Of a stretch of 64,000 nucleotides of DNA, positions 1 through 10,219 are shown one piece after another. The translations under genes were made by a program, and so were the position numbers. This DNA is from an uncultured Planctomycetota bacterium (GTDB lineage Bacteria > Planctomycetota > Planctomycetia > Isosphaerales > Isosphaeraceae). The notes under the pieces were generated by a model that worked only from the letters and a program-made list of their open reading frames with translations, was not told where the DNA came from and made no database searches. The stretch is from positions 1,760,001 to 1,824,000 of the forward strand of contig CAWGMQ010000004.1 in assembly GCA_963823665.1 (NCBI GenBank). Reading direction: 5' to 3'. Every line of letters starts with the position of its first letter. Position 1 is the first letter of the stretch.

Positions 1-2374
1 ATTTACGTTCGCCCGGAGACGCTGACGCTGTTTTACCTGTCGGTGTTCCTCGCGGTCATTCTCTGGTGGGATCGTTTTCCGTTCCTTGCTTTCTTGCTGC
101 CGGTGGTGCAGGTGGCGTGGGTCAACTCGCACGGACTCTTCGTTCTGGGACCGGTGATCCTCGGCTTCGCGCTCGTCGACGCCGCACTTCGCCTCGGGCT
201 CTTCGCCCCGGAACGAAGACGATGGTGGAAGCTGATTTTGATTGCGAGCGCGGCGACGGGTGTGGCGTGCTTGATCAATCCTTATGGCTTGCACGGGGCA
301 CTTTATCCGATCGAGCTCGCGGGGACGATGAGCAACCCTGTCTTCTCGCGCAATGTTGCCGAGCTTACTTCGATTCCGGACTTCATCAGAAGCCCGAAAA
401 GCGACGGCTTCAAGAACCTCTCGCTACAGCTTCATTTGCTCACGATGCTGATCGGAGCGCTCAGTTTCGTGATTCCTCTTTTCTCGCGTTTTACGGCTTC
501 CCGGCGAGCAGGCGAAGAACCCGTGGTCCCGGCCCTGCCCGGACCACCCGGCGGCGCGGCTCTAGAGAACGCCCGTCCAAGCAAACAGAAACGATCGCGA
601 TCGAAGACTGCCGGCAAGAAGACTGCCAGGGCCGGCCCGACCGCGAATCCGAGCACCGCGCCGACGGCGGTCTGGCGGCTCAGCCTGTTTCGACTCCTGC
701 TCTTTGCGGCCTTTAGCTGGCTGAGCTTGCAGGCGACGCGCAACAGCCACCAGTTTGCGGCCGTGGTCGGGGCGGTTACCGCGTGGAATTTCGGCGAATG
801 GGCCGCGGCCATCCGCAACCGCAGGCAGACGCAGGGAACCATCGCGCGTTCGCGATGGTCCCTGCCGGCGCGCCCGATTGCGTTCGGCACGGTCGCACTC
901 TTGATTCTCTGGGTCGGGAGCGGCCAGTTCTTTCGGATGACGGGCGAGGGCAGGACGATCGGGCTAGGTGAGGACCGGCTGTGGTTTCCGCACGAGGCAG
1001 TGAAGTTTGCGGGCAAAGCGGGAATGCCGGACCGTTTCCTCTCTTTTCACAACGGTCACGCCGCGCTTTACGAGTACTACTACGGCCCGGAGCGCAAGGT
1101 ATACATTGACCCGAGGCTGGAAGTCGCCGGCGCCGATCTGTTCCGCCGCTACAATGCGCTGGGGAAGCGGATCGAGGCGAACGAGCCCGGCTGGGAAGCC
1201 GAGCTCACCGAGATGCGGCGACCGGTCATCCTTTCGGACCATTTCTACAATTCCGAGATCGGCGCCACGTTGCTTCAAAGCGATCACTGGCGGTGCATGT
1301 GGTTCGATGCCATCGCGGCGGTATTCGTGCACGACTCATCCGGCGCGGCGGTGCGCGGACACCGTCGATTTCGCCGATCGTCATTTCCGGCCCGATCCGG
1401 GGAGGCAGCCGCGCGATCAAGCCGAGCTTCTCGCCTCGAGCCGAGCGATCGCCAAGTACATGATTCACCTCGGCCCCGCTGCCGGCGAGAAAACGCGTTC
1501 ACTGGCCTGGGTCGGGCTGGACGACACGCGGACGCTCTTGCGGAAGGAACCAGATTCGATCGATGGCTGGATCAATCTGGGGGTCATCGAGCTTTGTCGC
1601 GAGCCACCGTTCAAGCCTGTCGCGAGATTCCGCGCTGCGCTGGACCCGGTTCACGACCTGTCGATCGTGCGCGCCACTGCGGCGCTTCGGCATGCTCTTG
1701 ATCTCGAGCCTGCCAACCCTTTGGCGGCAAGCACGCTGATCGGCGCTTACAACTTGCGGCTCATGCACGAGCCGGCGGTTGGCCTTCTTCATCTCATCAA
1801 GCAGAATAGCAAGGCGCCCTTGCGCACAGATCACGAGCGCAAGATGGGGCCGGCTCCGTCGACGAAGTGGCAAAACTTGAGTGATCTCGATCAGGCGGTG
1901 ACGGCTTTGCTTGCGTCAGGTCGTGCGAAAAGTGCAGTCGTTCTGCTGGAAGAAGCCCACGCCGCGGAGCGTGCGCCGTGGGATATGGCCGATCGGATCG
2001 CAACCCTGCGGCTGCATCTCGGCGAGCCGGCCCGGGCGCGGGCGGCGTGGGAGAATGCGGTTGCAGTGCCTGAGCCTGCCGTCCGCGAAGCGCGAATCGG
2101 GATGACTTATCTGGCGGAAAACAACTTCGAATCCGCGCGGAAGCATTACCGCCTGGCGCTGGATGCCAAGCCGGACCTGTTCGAGGCGCTTTACGGCCTG
2201 GCTGTGCTCGAAGCAGACTCAGGCGATGCGGCCACGGCCCTGGCGCTGGCCAAGAAGGCGGTTGCGGCGGCTCCGGACGAAACGTCACGCACGGCGGCCC
2301 GGTTGCTCGCGGCGCGAGTCGCTCGGTTTGCCCGGGCGGTGATGGAGCTAGCCCACCGCGATGATTCACCCTGA
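1..2374 (+). CDS. Multi-pass membrane protein with C-terminal TPR repeats; 5' end lies outside the window; apparent 1-nt frameshift near 1350
   Basis: Hydrophobic helices and WVNSHG motif in frame 43..1701 up to 'FDAIAAVFVH'; continues in frame 1007..2374 ('DTVDFADRHF...') with TPR-like helices (ARKHYRLALDAKPDLFEALYGLAVL). Confidence 0.65.
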
Positions 2375-2399
2375 ACGGGAGCTTGCTCGGGCCGATCTT

Positions 2400-2774
2400 T
2401 TACGTGGAGCTGCCGGCGCGCACTGGCTTGGCGCGGGCTTTCTTCCAGTCCTCGTGGAGGGACTTGAGCTCCTCAAGAGTGACGCCGCCGTGGTCTTCAC
2501 CCGAATTCCATCGGGCCATGAGCGCCTTATGCCGGTCGCGAAGCGGACCCCTCGGCAGGAACTTGCCGTAGAACTTCTTGAGCACCTTGAGGCGCAGGTC
2601 GGCCGGGGGCCGCGGGGCAGGCTTGGGCTTTTCGGCTGGAGCTTCTTTCGCCTTCGCGTCGGCGGCCTCGGGTGCTGCCGCCTTTACTTTCTTCGGTTTG
2701 GCCGCTGCTTCGCCTTCAGGTTTGGGTTTGGCCGATTTGGCGGGCTTCTCTTTATCAGCCGGTTGCTTCGCCAT
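2400..2774 (-). CDS. Small basic Lys/Ala/Pro-rich hypothetical protein
   Basis: Coherent ORF from ATG 2774 with a low-complexity N-terminus and a compact C-terminal domain (DLRLKVLKKF...LPRGPLRDRH). Confidence 0.65.
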   Translation of the reverse strand: MAKQPADKEKPAKSAKPKPEGEAAAKPKKVKAAAPEAADAKAKEAPAEKPKPAPRPPADLRLKVLKKFYGKFLPRGPLRDRHKALMARWNSGEDHGGVTLEELKSLHEDWKKARAKPVRAGSST

Positions 2775-2936
2775 CGCGCTCACTTGCTCTTTCTCGAAAA
2801 GAACCAAGACATTTGCCAGGAGTGAGGAAATAATCTACTCGAAGCGTGAGCAGGCTGACAAGTCTCGGTCAGTTGGCAGCGGCTTCTTGAAGACCGGCGG
2901 GATCTCGGCGGGGCGCCGCGATGTAGGCGGAGCTTA

Positions 2937-4037
2937 TCAGCCGACCGAGCCCAGGTTCTGGCGGGTCTTGACGCGCCAGGCGTGGGGCCCGCGGAGGACT
3001 GAAGCAGCCTCTGCCGGGAGGGTAGGGGATTCGCCGTTCCAGCGGTGAAGCTCCAGGCTGCTGAGCACCTGGTCGGCGAGCCTGACGGCTCGCAGCGCGT
3101 CTTCGCCGCTGACTTTCGGGCGTGAGATGCCGCGCGCGGCGTTCACGAAGTCGGAGAGCTCGAGCGCGAGTGGCTCGAGGGGCTCCGGCTCGACCTTGTC
3201 GACTCGGAGGACCTTACCGAAGAGATGCTCGCGAACGGCAGCCGGCTGGCTCAGGTCCACGCCGTCCAGATCGAGCTTGCCGCGCTTGAGGCCTTCGGAG
3301 GGGCGCACGACCGTGGCCTTCTTGCTGGCGAAATCAAGCGAGGCGTATCCCTCTGCGCCCCAGATGCGCATCTTGCGGGCCGGAGTGTAGCTGGCGCGGC
3401 TGGCCGTCACGTTGGCGATGCTGCCGTCTTCGAATTCGATCCGGGCGTTGGCAACGTCCTCGTGTTCGCCGAAGAGGCTGACGCCGACCGCCTCCACCGA
3501 GTGCACGGGGGAGTTGATGAGCGCGAGCAGCAGATCCAGGTCATGAATCATGAGGTCCAGGACCACACCAATATCGGTCGATCGGAATGTGTAGGTGGAA
3601 AGCCGTTCGGCATTGACGAACTTGGGGCGGATTGGCATTTCCTCGAGCGCGCGCAGAGCCGGGTTGAATCGCTCGATGTGGCCAACCTGGAGCACGGCGC
3701 CACCGGCGTGGGCGTCCTCGACGAGTCGCGCGGACTCGGCGGCGGAGGCGGCCATCGGTTTCTCCACAAGTGTGGCGATGCCGCGCGACAGGAAGGGACC
3801 GGCGGCTTCCCGATGGAGGACGGTGGGAACCGCGATCGTGACTGCGTCAACCAGGTCGACCATCGCGCGATAGTCATCGAGCGCGATTGTGCCACACCTG
3901 GATGCCACCGCGTGAGCCTGGTCGGGTCGGGAGTCTGCAACGGCGACCAGCTCGACGCCCGGCATCGCCGCAAGAATCCGCGCGTGGTGCTGGCCCAGAT
4001 GCCCGACGCCCACGACTCCAACACGGAGCGGCCTCAT
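2937..4037 (-). CDS. Gfo/Idh/MocA NAD-dependent oxidoreductase (GnnA-like)
   Basis: GVGHLG Rossmann motif, EKP, GHIERFNPA and DLMIHD motifs; overlaps the lpxA stop codon. Confidence 0.85.
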   Translation of the reverse strand: MRPLRVGVVGVGHLGQHHARILAAMPGVELVAVADSRPDQAHAVASRCGTIALDDYRAMVDLVDAVTIAVPTVLHREAAGPFLSRGIATLVEKPMAASAAESARLVEDAHAGGAVLQVGHIERFNPALRALEEMPIRPKFVNAERLSTYTFRSTDIGVVLDLMIHDLDLLLALINSPVHSVEAVGVSLFGEHEDVANARIEFEDGSIANVTASRASYTPARKMRIWGAEGYASLDFASKKATVVRPSEGLKRGKLDLDGVDLSQPAAVREHLFGKVLRVDKVEPEPLEPLALELSDFVNAARGISRPKVSGEDALRAVRLADQVLSSLELHRWNGESPTLPAEAASVLRGPHAWRVKTRQNLGSVG

Positions 4038-4840
4038 CTTGACCTCCCGCGATCCCTGGCCCGCCCATGCTTGCCATGGTGTTGGCCTTCAACAAAAGCA
4101 AGAAGGCTTTGCACCTCGGGGCCATAGTGATTGTTCGATCGCAGAAGCTCCAAGGCATGTTCGGTTGTCATGTGGGCGCGATAGAGAAGCCGGTGGGCCT
4201 CGTGGAGGCTGGCGATCGCCTCGGGGGTCAATCCATTGCGTTTGAGCCCCACCAGGTTCAAACAGCGCACCTTGGAGGGATTGCCATCGACCATCATGAA
4301 TCGAGGTACGTCGTGGTAGATGCGGGACAGCCCGCCGACATAGCTGTACGACCCGATGGTGACGAACGGATGGACGGCGACTCCGCCCGAGATCGTCACC
4401 AGGGACTCGACATGAACGTGACCGCCCAGAATCGTGTTGTTGGTGATGACCAGCTTATTGCCCAGGACGCAGTCGTGAGCCACATGCACGTTGACCATGA
4501 GGAGATTATGCGAGCCGACGCGGGTGACGCCTTCCTCCTTTTCACTCCCACGGTGAATGGTGACACCCTCGCGTATGGTGTTATCATCGCCAATTTCGAC
4601 GCGAGTGGGGTTGCCGCGGAAGGATAGATCCTGGGGCTCGCCGCCGATCGAGACGAACGGGTAGATGGTGTTGTCTTCACCTATGGTCGTGATGCCATCG
4701 ATGAACACGTGTGCGATCAATCGGGTGCCACGGCCGATGGTCACGTCGCGACCGATGACACAATACGGACCAATCTCAACGTCGTCGGCGATTCGCGCGC
4801 GGGCGTCGATGCACGCGGTATCAGCAATCAAGGTCGCCAT
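4034..4840 (-). CDS. lpxA: Acyl-ACP--UDP-N-acetylglucosamine O-acyltransferase
   Basis: Hexapeptide repeats, GGEPQDL, IREGVTIHRG, HVAHDC catalytic His, LNLVGLKR. Confidence 0.95.
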   Translation of the reverse strand: MATLIADTACIDARARIADDVEIGPYCVIGRDVTIGRGTRLIAHVFIDGITTIGEDNTIYPFVSIGGEPQDLSFRGNPTRVEIGDDNTIREGVTIHRGSEKEEGVTRVGSHNLLMVNVHVAHDCVLGNKLVITNNTILGGHVHVESLVTISGGVAVHPFVTIGSYSYVGGLSRIYHDVPRFMMVDGNPSKVRCLNLVGLKRNGLTPEAIASLHEAHRLLYRAHMTTEHALELLRSNNHYGPEVQSLLAFVEGQHHGKHGRARDRGRSR

Positions 4841-4927
4841 GGCCCAGTCATCCTTTCGACCGATGGTTGCGGGAAGATTCGCTCATCCTCCCACCGTGTA
4901 GATGGAAGCGTGGCCGGGATGGAAATC

Positions 4928-6295
4928 TCATGACCTGCAGTCGCCGTCGACCGGCGCGGAGGCGCGATCGGCGTCGATGATGACAAAGCGAAACTCTGCC
5001 TCGGCTGCCAGAGATTCGCCGATCATGGCCTGGCCCCGTATGCACGCCGAACTGCGTTTGATCCGTTGGCTCTGAACCTCGATTCGAAGCTGGTCGCCCG
5101 GCACGACTTTCCGCCGCAGCTTGACCCGATCGATCGATGCGATCATCGCGAGTTTTGTGTGTGGATTGTCGATACTGGCACCGATCAATATACCGGCCGC
5201 CTGAGCCACCGCCTCCAAGATGAGCACACCGGGCATGATCGGCTGCCCGGGCCAATGACCGCTGAAGAACGGTTCGTTGATGCTCACGTTCTTGACGGCC
5301 AGCGCGCGGGTGGGCGGCTCGAGCTCGAGAACTCGATCGACCATCAGGAACGGGTAGCGGTGAGGCAAGATGCTCATGATGCCTTGAATGTCGAGACTGC
5401 CGCTGCGCTCGGGTGCAACGCCTTCTGTCGATCGACCGGTTCTGCTTCTGGCCAGGTCGAAAAGCTGCCGAGCCAGAGCGTGGTTCGTCTGGTGACCGGA
5501 GCGATGGGCGACGACAAGACCCTCAAGGTCAAACCCCGTCAGCGCGAGATCTCCGAGCAGGTCGAGCAGCTTGTGGCGCGCACACTCGTCCGGAAAGCGC
5601 AACGAGTTTCCGATCGGGCCTTCACGACCGAAGATCAAGAGATCTGCCGCGGTCGTCCTGCGGCCGATGCCCGATTCACGAAGAGCATCCGCCTCGCTCT
5701 CGGTGACGAAGGTCCGGCTGGAAGCGATCTCCCGCTTGAATGTCTCCGGAGAAAGTCCCACACAGTAACTGTGAGCGGAGATCGGGGCATCCGGGCCATA
5801 ATCGAGATGATATGCCAGAGTGAGAGTCCCGCGCGTCCCGGGATTGGCGGCGAGCGAGGCTTCTCCCTCGCGGACGACGACAGAGCTCTCGAGCTCGAGC
5901 ACCGCACGCATCCGGTCCTGCTCGACGATGCCGGCTTCTTCAATGGCTTCGACAAAGGCCCGGCTCGAGCCGTCACAACCCGGGCACTCCGGCGCGTCGA
6001 TCTCGACAATGCAGTTGTCGACGTGGGTCCCGGCCAAGGCGGCGAGCACGTGTTCGGTCATTTCCACGGTGGCGTCGCCCAGCCTGAGCGTGGTCCGGCG
6101 TGCCGTCGGGACGACCCGATCGATCCGTGCCGGTATGAGCGGACGATCGCGCAGGTCGACCCGTTCGAAGACGACGCCCGTGCCCGGCCCGGCCGGCCGG
6201 AAGCGCAGGGTGACGTCGGACCCGTTGAAGAACCCGTGCCCGCTCACCTTTGCGGAACTGGCAAGCGTGCGCTCTCGGCGCTTGGCTTTCAGCAT
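4928..6295 (-). CDS. lpxC-fabZ: Bifunctional LpxC deacetylase / FabZ dehydratase fusion
   Basis: TEHVLAAL and HKLLDLLGD zinc motifs of LpxC, followed by LPHRYPFLMVDR, FFSGHWPG and MPGVLILEA of FabZ. Confidence 0.95.
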   Translation of the reverse strand: MLKAKRRERTLASSAKVSGHGFFNGSDVTLRFRPAGPGTGVVFERVDLRDRPLIPARIDRVVPTARRTTLRLGDATVEMTEHVLAALAGTHVDNCIVEIDAPECPGCDGSSRAFVEAIEEAGIVEQDRMRAVLELESSVVVREGEASLAANPGTRGTLTLAYHLDYGPDAPISAHSYCVGLSPETFKREIASSRTFVTESEADALRESGIGRRTTAADLLIFGREGPIGNSLRFPDECARHKLLDLLGDLALTGFDLEGLVVAHRSGHQTNHALARQLFDLARSRTGRSTEGVAPERSGSLDIQGIMSILPHRYPFLMVDRVLELEPPTRALAVKNVSINEPFFSGHWPGQPIMPGVLILEAVAQAAGILIGASIDNPHTKLAMIASIDRVKLRRKVVPGDQLRIEVQSQRIKRSSACIRGQAMIGESLAAEAEFRFVIIDADRASAPVDGDCRS

Positions 6296-6341
6296 TCCCT
6301 ACCCCATCATCATCAAAGCGACTTGGAGAAGAGAAGGGGCC

Positions 6342-7070
6342 TCAGTTCTGGTCGGTGCGGGCACCGTTAACAGGCTGGCCGGCCGCTGGCGGGGCTGCGT
6401 TGTTTCCGGCTGCGGCCGGGTTCGCGACAGCCTTGTAACGGCGGTTGAGGTTGAAGATCACGTCGTTCGTGATGTCGTTCCGCGGGTCGAAGTAGACCAT
6501 GGTGTTCTGGAAGGCGGCCATCACCGAGTTGGGATCGGCTCCGTTGGGGGCCTGATTTGTCACTCGCACGACGTAATTGAACTTGCGCCAGTTGGCGATC
6601 GCCGTCACCATCAATTGAACTTCCTTGTAGATCGTGGCGAGGTTTTCAGATTCTCGGGCCTGAAACTCGCGCTGGGCTTGCTCGCGGCCGGCGGCGAAGC
6701 GTGCCTTGAGCTCGGTCACCCGGTCTTCGTGCTTCTTGAAGTCGGCGGTGCCGGGAGTGAGCTTCGAGAGCATCTGAGCTTCGTCCTCGGCGTCGCTCTT
6801 GATCTTCATCAGCTCGTTCTGCCTGCCCAGCACGGCAGTCTGAAATTCCTTGCTGGTAAATTTGAACTTCTCGTATCCCTTGAAGACGGCATCCATATCG
6901 ACGGTGCCGATCATCGGCGGCACCGGAGCCGACGGAGTCGCAGCGCCGCCGTTGGGGTTCGCAGCCTTGCGAACTGCTGGATCCTGCTGAGCAAGGGTCG
7001 GTCCCACCAGAAAGGAGAGCCCGACGATGCCCAGCCCAATCGCCAAGATTCCACGTGTCGAGAGAACCAT
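6342..7070 (-). CDS. skp: OmpH/Skp family outer-membrane chaperone
   Basis: Signal peptide, IGTVDMDAVF, coiled-coil body, DITNDVI C-terminal motif; AAGGAG RBS before ATG 7070; upstream of lpxC. Confidence 0.8.
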   Translation of the reverse strand: MVLSTRGILAIGLGIVGLSFLVGPTLAQQDPAVRKAANPNGGAATPSAPVPPMIGTVDMDAVFKGYEKFKFTSKEFQTAVLGRQNELMKIKSDAEDEAQMLSKLTPGTADFKKHEDRVTELKARFAAGREQAQREFQARESENLATIYKEVQLMVTAIANWRKFNYVVRVTNQAPNGADPNSVMAAFQNTMVYFDPRNDITNDVIFNLNRRYKAVANPAAAGNNAAPPAAGQPVNGARTDQN

Positions 7071-7467
7071 CGGTACAACTCCTTTTCTACCGTGGCGGTC
7101 CATTGCGGGGCCGTGCAGGGGCCTTGAGCCGGCCCATGCGGCGTCGAAGGGAAATCCAGGATCGACCGGTCCAGCCGGCCTGGCTGCACGTCGATCACGC
7201 TGCGCGAGCGGCGCGAAGCCGCCGCACAGCATTTCTCACGCCCAAGTCGGGCTATTTTCCGGGATGGAATCCGATCGTCCCGGCTAAATTCCCCGGCGGC
7301 GGACGCTAACGCGGGGCATTCTGTACCGAAGGTGGAGATGGGTCAAGGCGAACCGCGAACTTTGTGATTCGCGGGCTCGCTCGACCGCCCGCCCGCCCGC
7401 GCAGGACCGGCGTTCGTTGTCTCTTCGATAAAGCGCCCTGCGAAGACGCCCTCGAGTGGGGCAACTC

Positions 7468-7881
7468 TCACTCTCCCGAATACGAAAGCACAAAGTCGTG
7501 GAAACGGTATTTCTTGTTGCGGGGAACCTCGCCGGCCGCGGAGAAGAGCGAGAGCAGCAGCTCACCGAAGTGATCGGTGCGCACGCAGTAGAAATTGTGC
7601 TTCCCTTCCCGGCGCGACTCGATGAGACCCGAGACGCGAAGGAGTGCCAGGTGGTGACTCACGGCGGGTTGGCTTTGACCCAGCCGGTGGCACAGGTCAG
7701 TGACATGAAGCTCGCCATCGGGCGAAAGGGCCAGGTAGAACAGAATGCGCAGGCGGGTCTCGTCACTCAAGAGCTTGAACACCTGCGCCAACTCGCGAAC
7801 CGATTGATCGGAGACTTCCGGAGCAGAATGAGCGAGCTGACCGTTGCCAACGCTTGTCCGCCGAGTTTCTTTGCGTGCCAT
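7468..7881 (-). CDS. ArsR/SmtB family transcriptional regulator
   Basis: FKLLSDETRLRIL, SQPAVSHHLALLR, RREGKHNFY; GAGG RBS. Confidence 0.9.
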   Translation of the reverse strand: MARKETRRTSVGNGQLAHSAPEVSDQSVRELAQVFKLLSDETRLRILFYLALSPDGELHVTDLCHRLGQSQPAVSHHLALLRVSGLIESRREGKHNFYCVRTDHFGELLLSLFSAAGEVPRNKKYRFHDFVLSYSGE

Positions 7882-8044
7882 GGTGGAATTTCCTCAAAGG
7901 ATGAAAAGAGAACCCAATGCCGGGGGAACCCGGCCTCTCCCAAGTCAGATTGCCTGCACTGCGCATGCCAGCAGAGCTCGATCGACGACCCGCTGTGAAG
8001 CAGGCACGCGATCGGATTAGCCCGTCGGCACGCTCTTTTAGACG

Positions 8045-8092
8045 AAACCCGTATGAAGCGCGTACGCGCAAACCCGTATTAAGCGCGTTCGC
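8045..8092. repeat. Two 23-bp direct repeats (25-bp period) upstream of the ArsR gene
   Basis: AAACCCGTATGAAGCGCGTACGC (8045-8067) vs AAACCCGTATTAAGCGCGTTCGC (8070-8092), 21/23 identical. Confidence 0.75.
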
Positions 8093-8207
8093 ACCGCTCT
8101 AGCCTACAGTTCGCTACGCGTATGTACTCATTTTCAGGCAGGTCGCGATAACAAATCTTAGCAATTATTAAAAGATTAATGTGTAACACTCAATACTTAT
8201 ATGGCGG

Positions 8208-9107
8208 CTATGCATGCGGAGTCAAGAGGCCGTAGGTTCTGATGCTTTTCGTCAGCGATTCCCGCGCTCGCTCGTCCAGCGGGCAGAGTGGGAGCCGCAT
8301 TTCTCCGTTGCCCCTGCCGAGGATGGCCAAGGCGGTCTTGACAGGTATGGGGTTTGGGGCCAGCGCAAGCAGATCACGACAGAGGGGAAAGAGCCGCTTG
8401 TGCGCTTCGCGAGCCTCTTCGAGCCGACCGTCCTTGAATGCCTCGATGAGGCCCATCACGTCACGGGGAACAAGGTTGGCGACCACCGAGACCACACCTT
8501 CCCCGCCGATTGCCAGCATGGGCAGAGTCAAGCTGTCGTCACCGGACAAGATCGTCAGGTTCGTGCGCGCGATCAACTCGCTCGCCTGGTCGAGCGAGCC
8601 CGACGCTTCTTTGACGGCGACAATCGGACCGATCGCCGCGAGCCGCTCGATCGTCTCGGGCTCGATGTTGCGACCGGTCCGAGACGGTACGTTGTACAAC
8701 ACCAGCGGTAAGTCGGAGCATTCGGCGATCGCCGCAAAGTGGCGATACAAGCCTTCCTGATTGGGTCGGTTGTAATACGGAGCCACCTGTAGCGAGCCGT
8801 CCACTCCCGCACGCGCGGCGAAACGAGTCAGACGAATCGCTTCCGCTGTTGAGTTCGAGCCCGTCCCGGCCATGACCTTGGCACGACCGGCGGCCGTCTC
8901 AACAACAATCGCGATCACTCGCTCGTGTTCCTGGTGGGTAAGCGTCGGTGACTCGCCCGTCGTGCCTACCGGCGACAGGACCGGCGTTCCTTGCGCAATG
9001 TGCCACTCCACGAGCCGCCGCAGACCGGCTTCGTCAACTTCCCCGTCTCGAAAGGGAGTAACCAGCGCAACCGTGCAGCCCGCGAAGTACCGTCCCTTGG
9101 TTGGCAT
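8208..9107 (-). CDS. dapA: 4-hydroxy-tetrahydrodipicolinate synthase
   Basis: ALVTPF, GTTGESPTL, PYYN, YNVPSRTG, VKEASG, SGDD, NPIPVK motifs. Confidence 0.95.
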   Translation of the reverse strand: MPTKGRYFAGCTVALVTPFRDGEVDEAGLRRLVEWHIAQGTPVLSPVGTTGESPTLTHQEHERVIAIVVETAAGRAKVMAGTGSNSTAEAIRLTRFAARAGVDGSLQVAPYYNRPNQEGLYRHFAAIAECSDLPLVLYNVPSRTGRNIEPETIERLAAIGPIVAVKEASGSLDQASELIARTNLTILSGDDSLTLPMLAIGGEGVVSVVANLVPRDVMGLIEAFKDGRLEEAREAHKRLFPLCRDLLALAPNPIPVKTALAILGRGNGEMRLPLCPLDERARESLTKSIRTYGLLTPHA

Positions 9108-9425
9108 GCCTTCTCCCGGCCAACGCCTGGCGACCAGATAAAGTTTTGCTTGAGGAACCCACCGAGGCGTGCGAGCGACCAACTCTTGACGGGCATTCAA
9201 CCAACCGAGACAACCACCATGCACGACACGACGATTGCACCGCCATGAGTTAAAGCATAACGAATCTTATAGTACTCCGATGCCAAAGGGAAGCGGCAAC
9301 CTCGCCACGTCGAGCGAATTTGCCGAAATCGCGCCGAGATCGCCTCTTAGGCGTGCAGGCGCAAAGATCCAGGCATTCATGATGGCGGCCATGGACAGAC
9401 GCTTGATCATGTCCAGGACTTCGAC

Positions 9426-10172
9426 TCATTCGTGGGTCGCCATTGGATTCGAAATCGCCGCTAAAATGCACGACTTCATCTCGAAGACGGCCTGCCTGAA
9501 GCCCACGAACACGCTGCGGCTGACGATGCTGTGGCCGATATTGAGCTCCTCCATTCTCCGAACGCGCGCCACCGGGCCCACATTCTGGTAATTGAGACCG
9601 TGGCCGGCGTGCAGCTCCAATCCAGCCGCAACGGTCACAGCCGCGGCCGCTCTCAGAGAACGAAGCTCGCGCTCCCGACCGGCATCCCCTTGGGCGTCGG
9701 CGTATCGTCCGGTGTGAAACTCGACGGCGTTTGCGCCCAGCTCGACTGCGGCGTTTACCTGCGCCGGATCGGGGTCGATGAACAGCGCGACATCGATTCC
9801 CGCATCACGGCAGCGCGCAAGCGCGTGAGCAACCCGCGATTTTTCGCCGACGACGTCGAGCCCCCCTTCGGTCGTCAGCTCGGCGCGTCGCTCAGGTACC
9901 AACGTCACTTGATGCGGTTTGATCTCCAGGGCGATCGCGACGATCGACGGATCAAGTGCCATCTCCAGATTGAGCCGCACCTGCACGGTCTCGCGGAGGA
10001 GCCGCACGTCCCGATCCTGGATGTGGCGGCGGTCTTCGCGCAGGTGGACCGTGATCACGTCGGCCCCGCCTAATTCAGCCTGTACGGCAGCCCACACCGG
10101 GTCGGGTTCACGCGCGTTCCGCGCCTGGCGCAGGGTCGCGACATGATCGATATTCACACCCAGGCGTGGCAT
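9426..10172 (-). CDS. pdxJ: Pyridoxine 5'-phosphate synthase
   Basis: [37 protein letters not shown] motifs. Confidence 0.95.
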   Translation of the reverse strand: MPRLGVNIDHVATLRQARNAREPDPVWAAVQAELGGADVITVHLREDRRHIQDRDVRLLRETVQVRLNLEMALDPSIVAIALEIKPHQVTLVPERRAELTTEGGLDVVGEKSRVAHALARCRDAGIDVALFIDPDPAQVNAAVELGANAVEFHTGRYADAQGDAGRERELRSLRAAAAVTVAAGLELHAGHGLNYQNVGPVARVRRMEELNIGHSIVSRSVFVGFRQAVFEMKSCILAAISNPMATHE

Positions 10173-10219
10173 ATTGCGGATTCTCCAAGTCAAGCAGAAA
10201 GGTGGCGGCTTTTTGTTCG

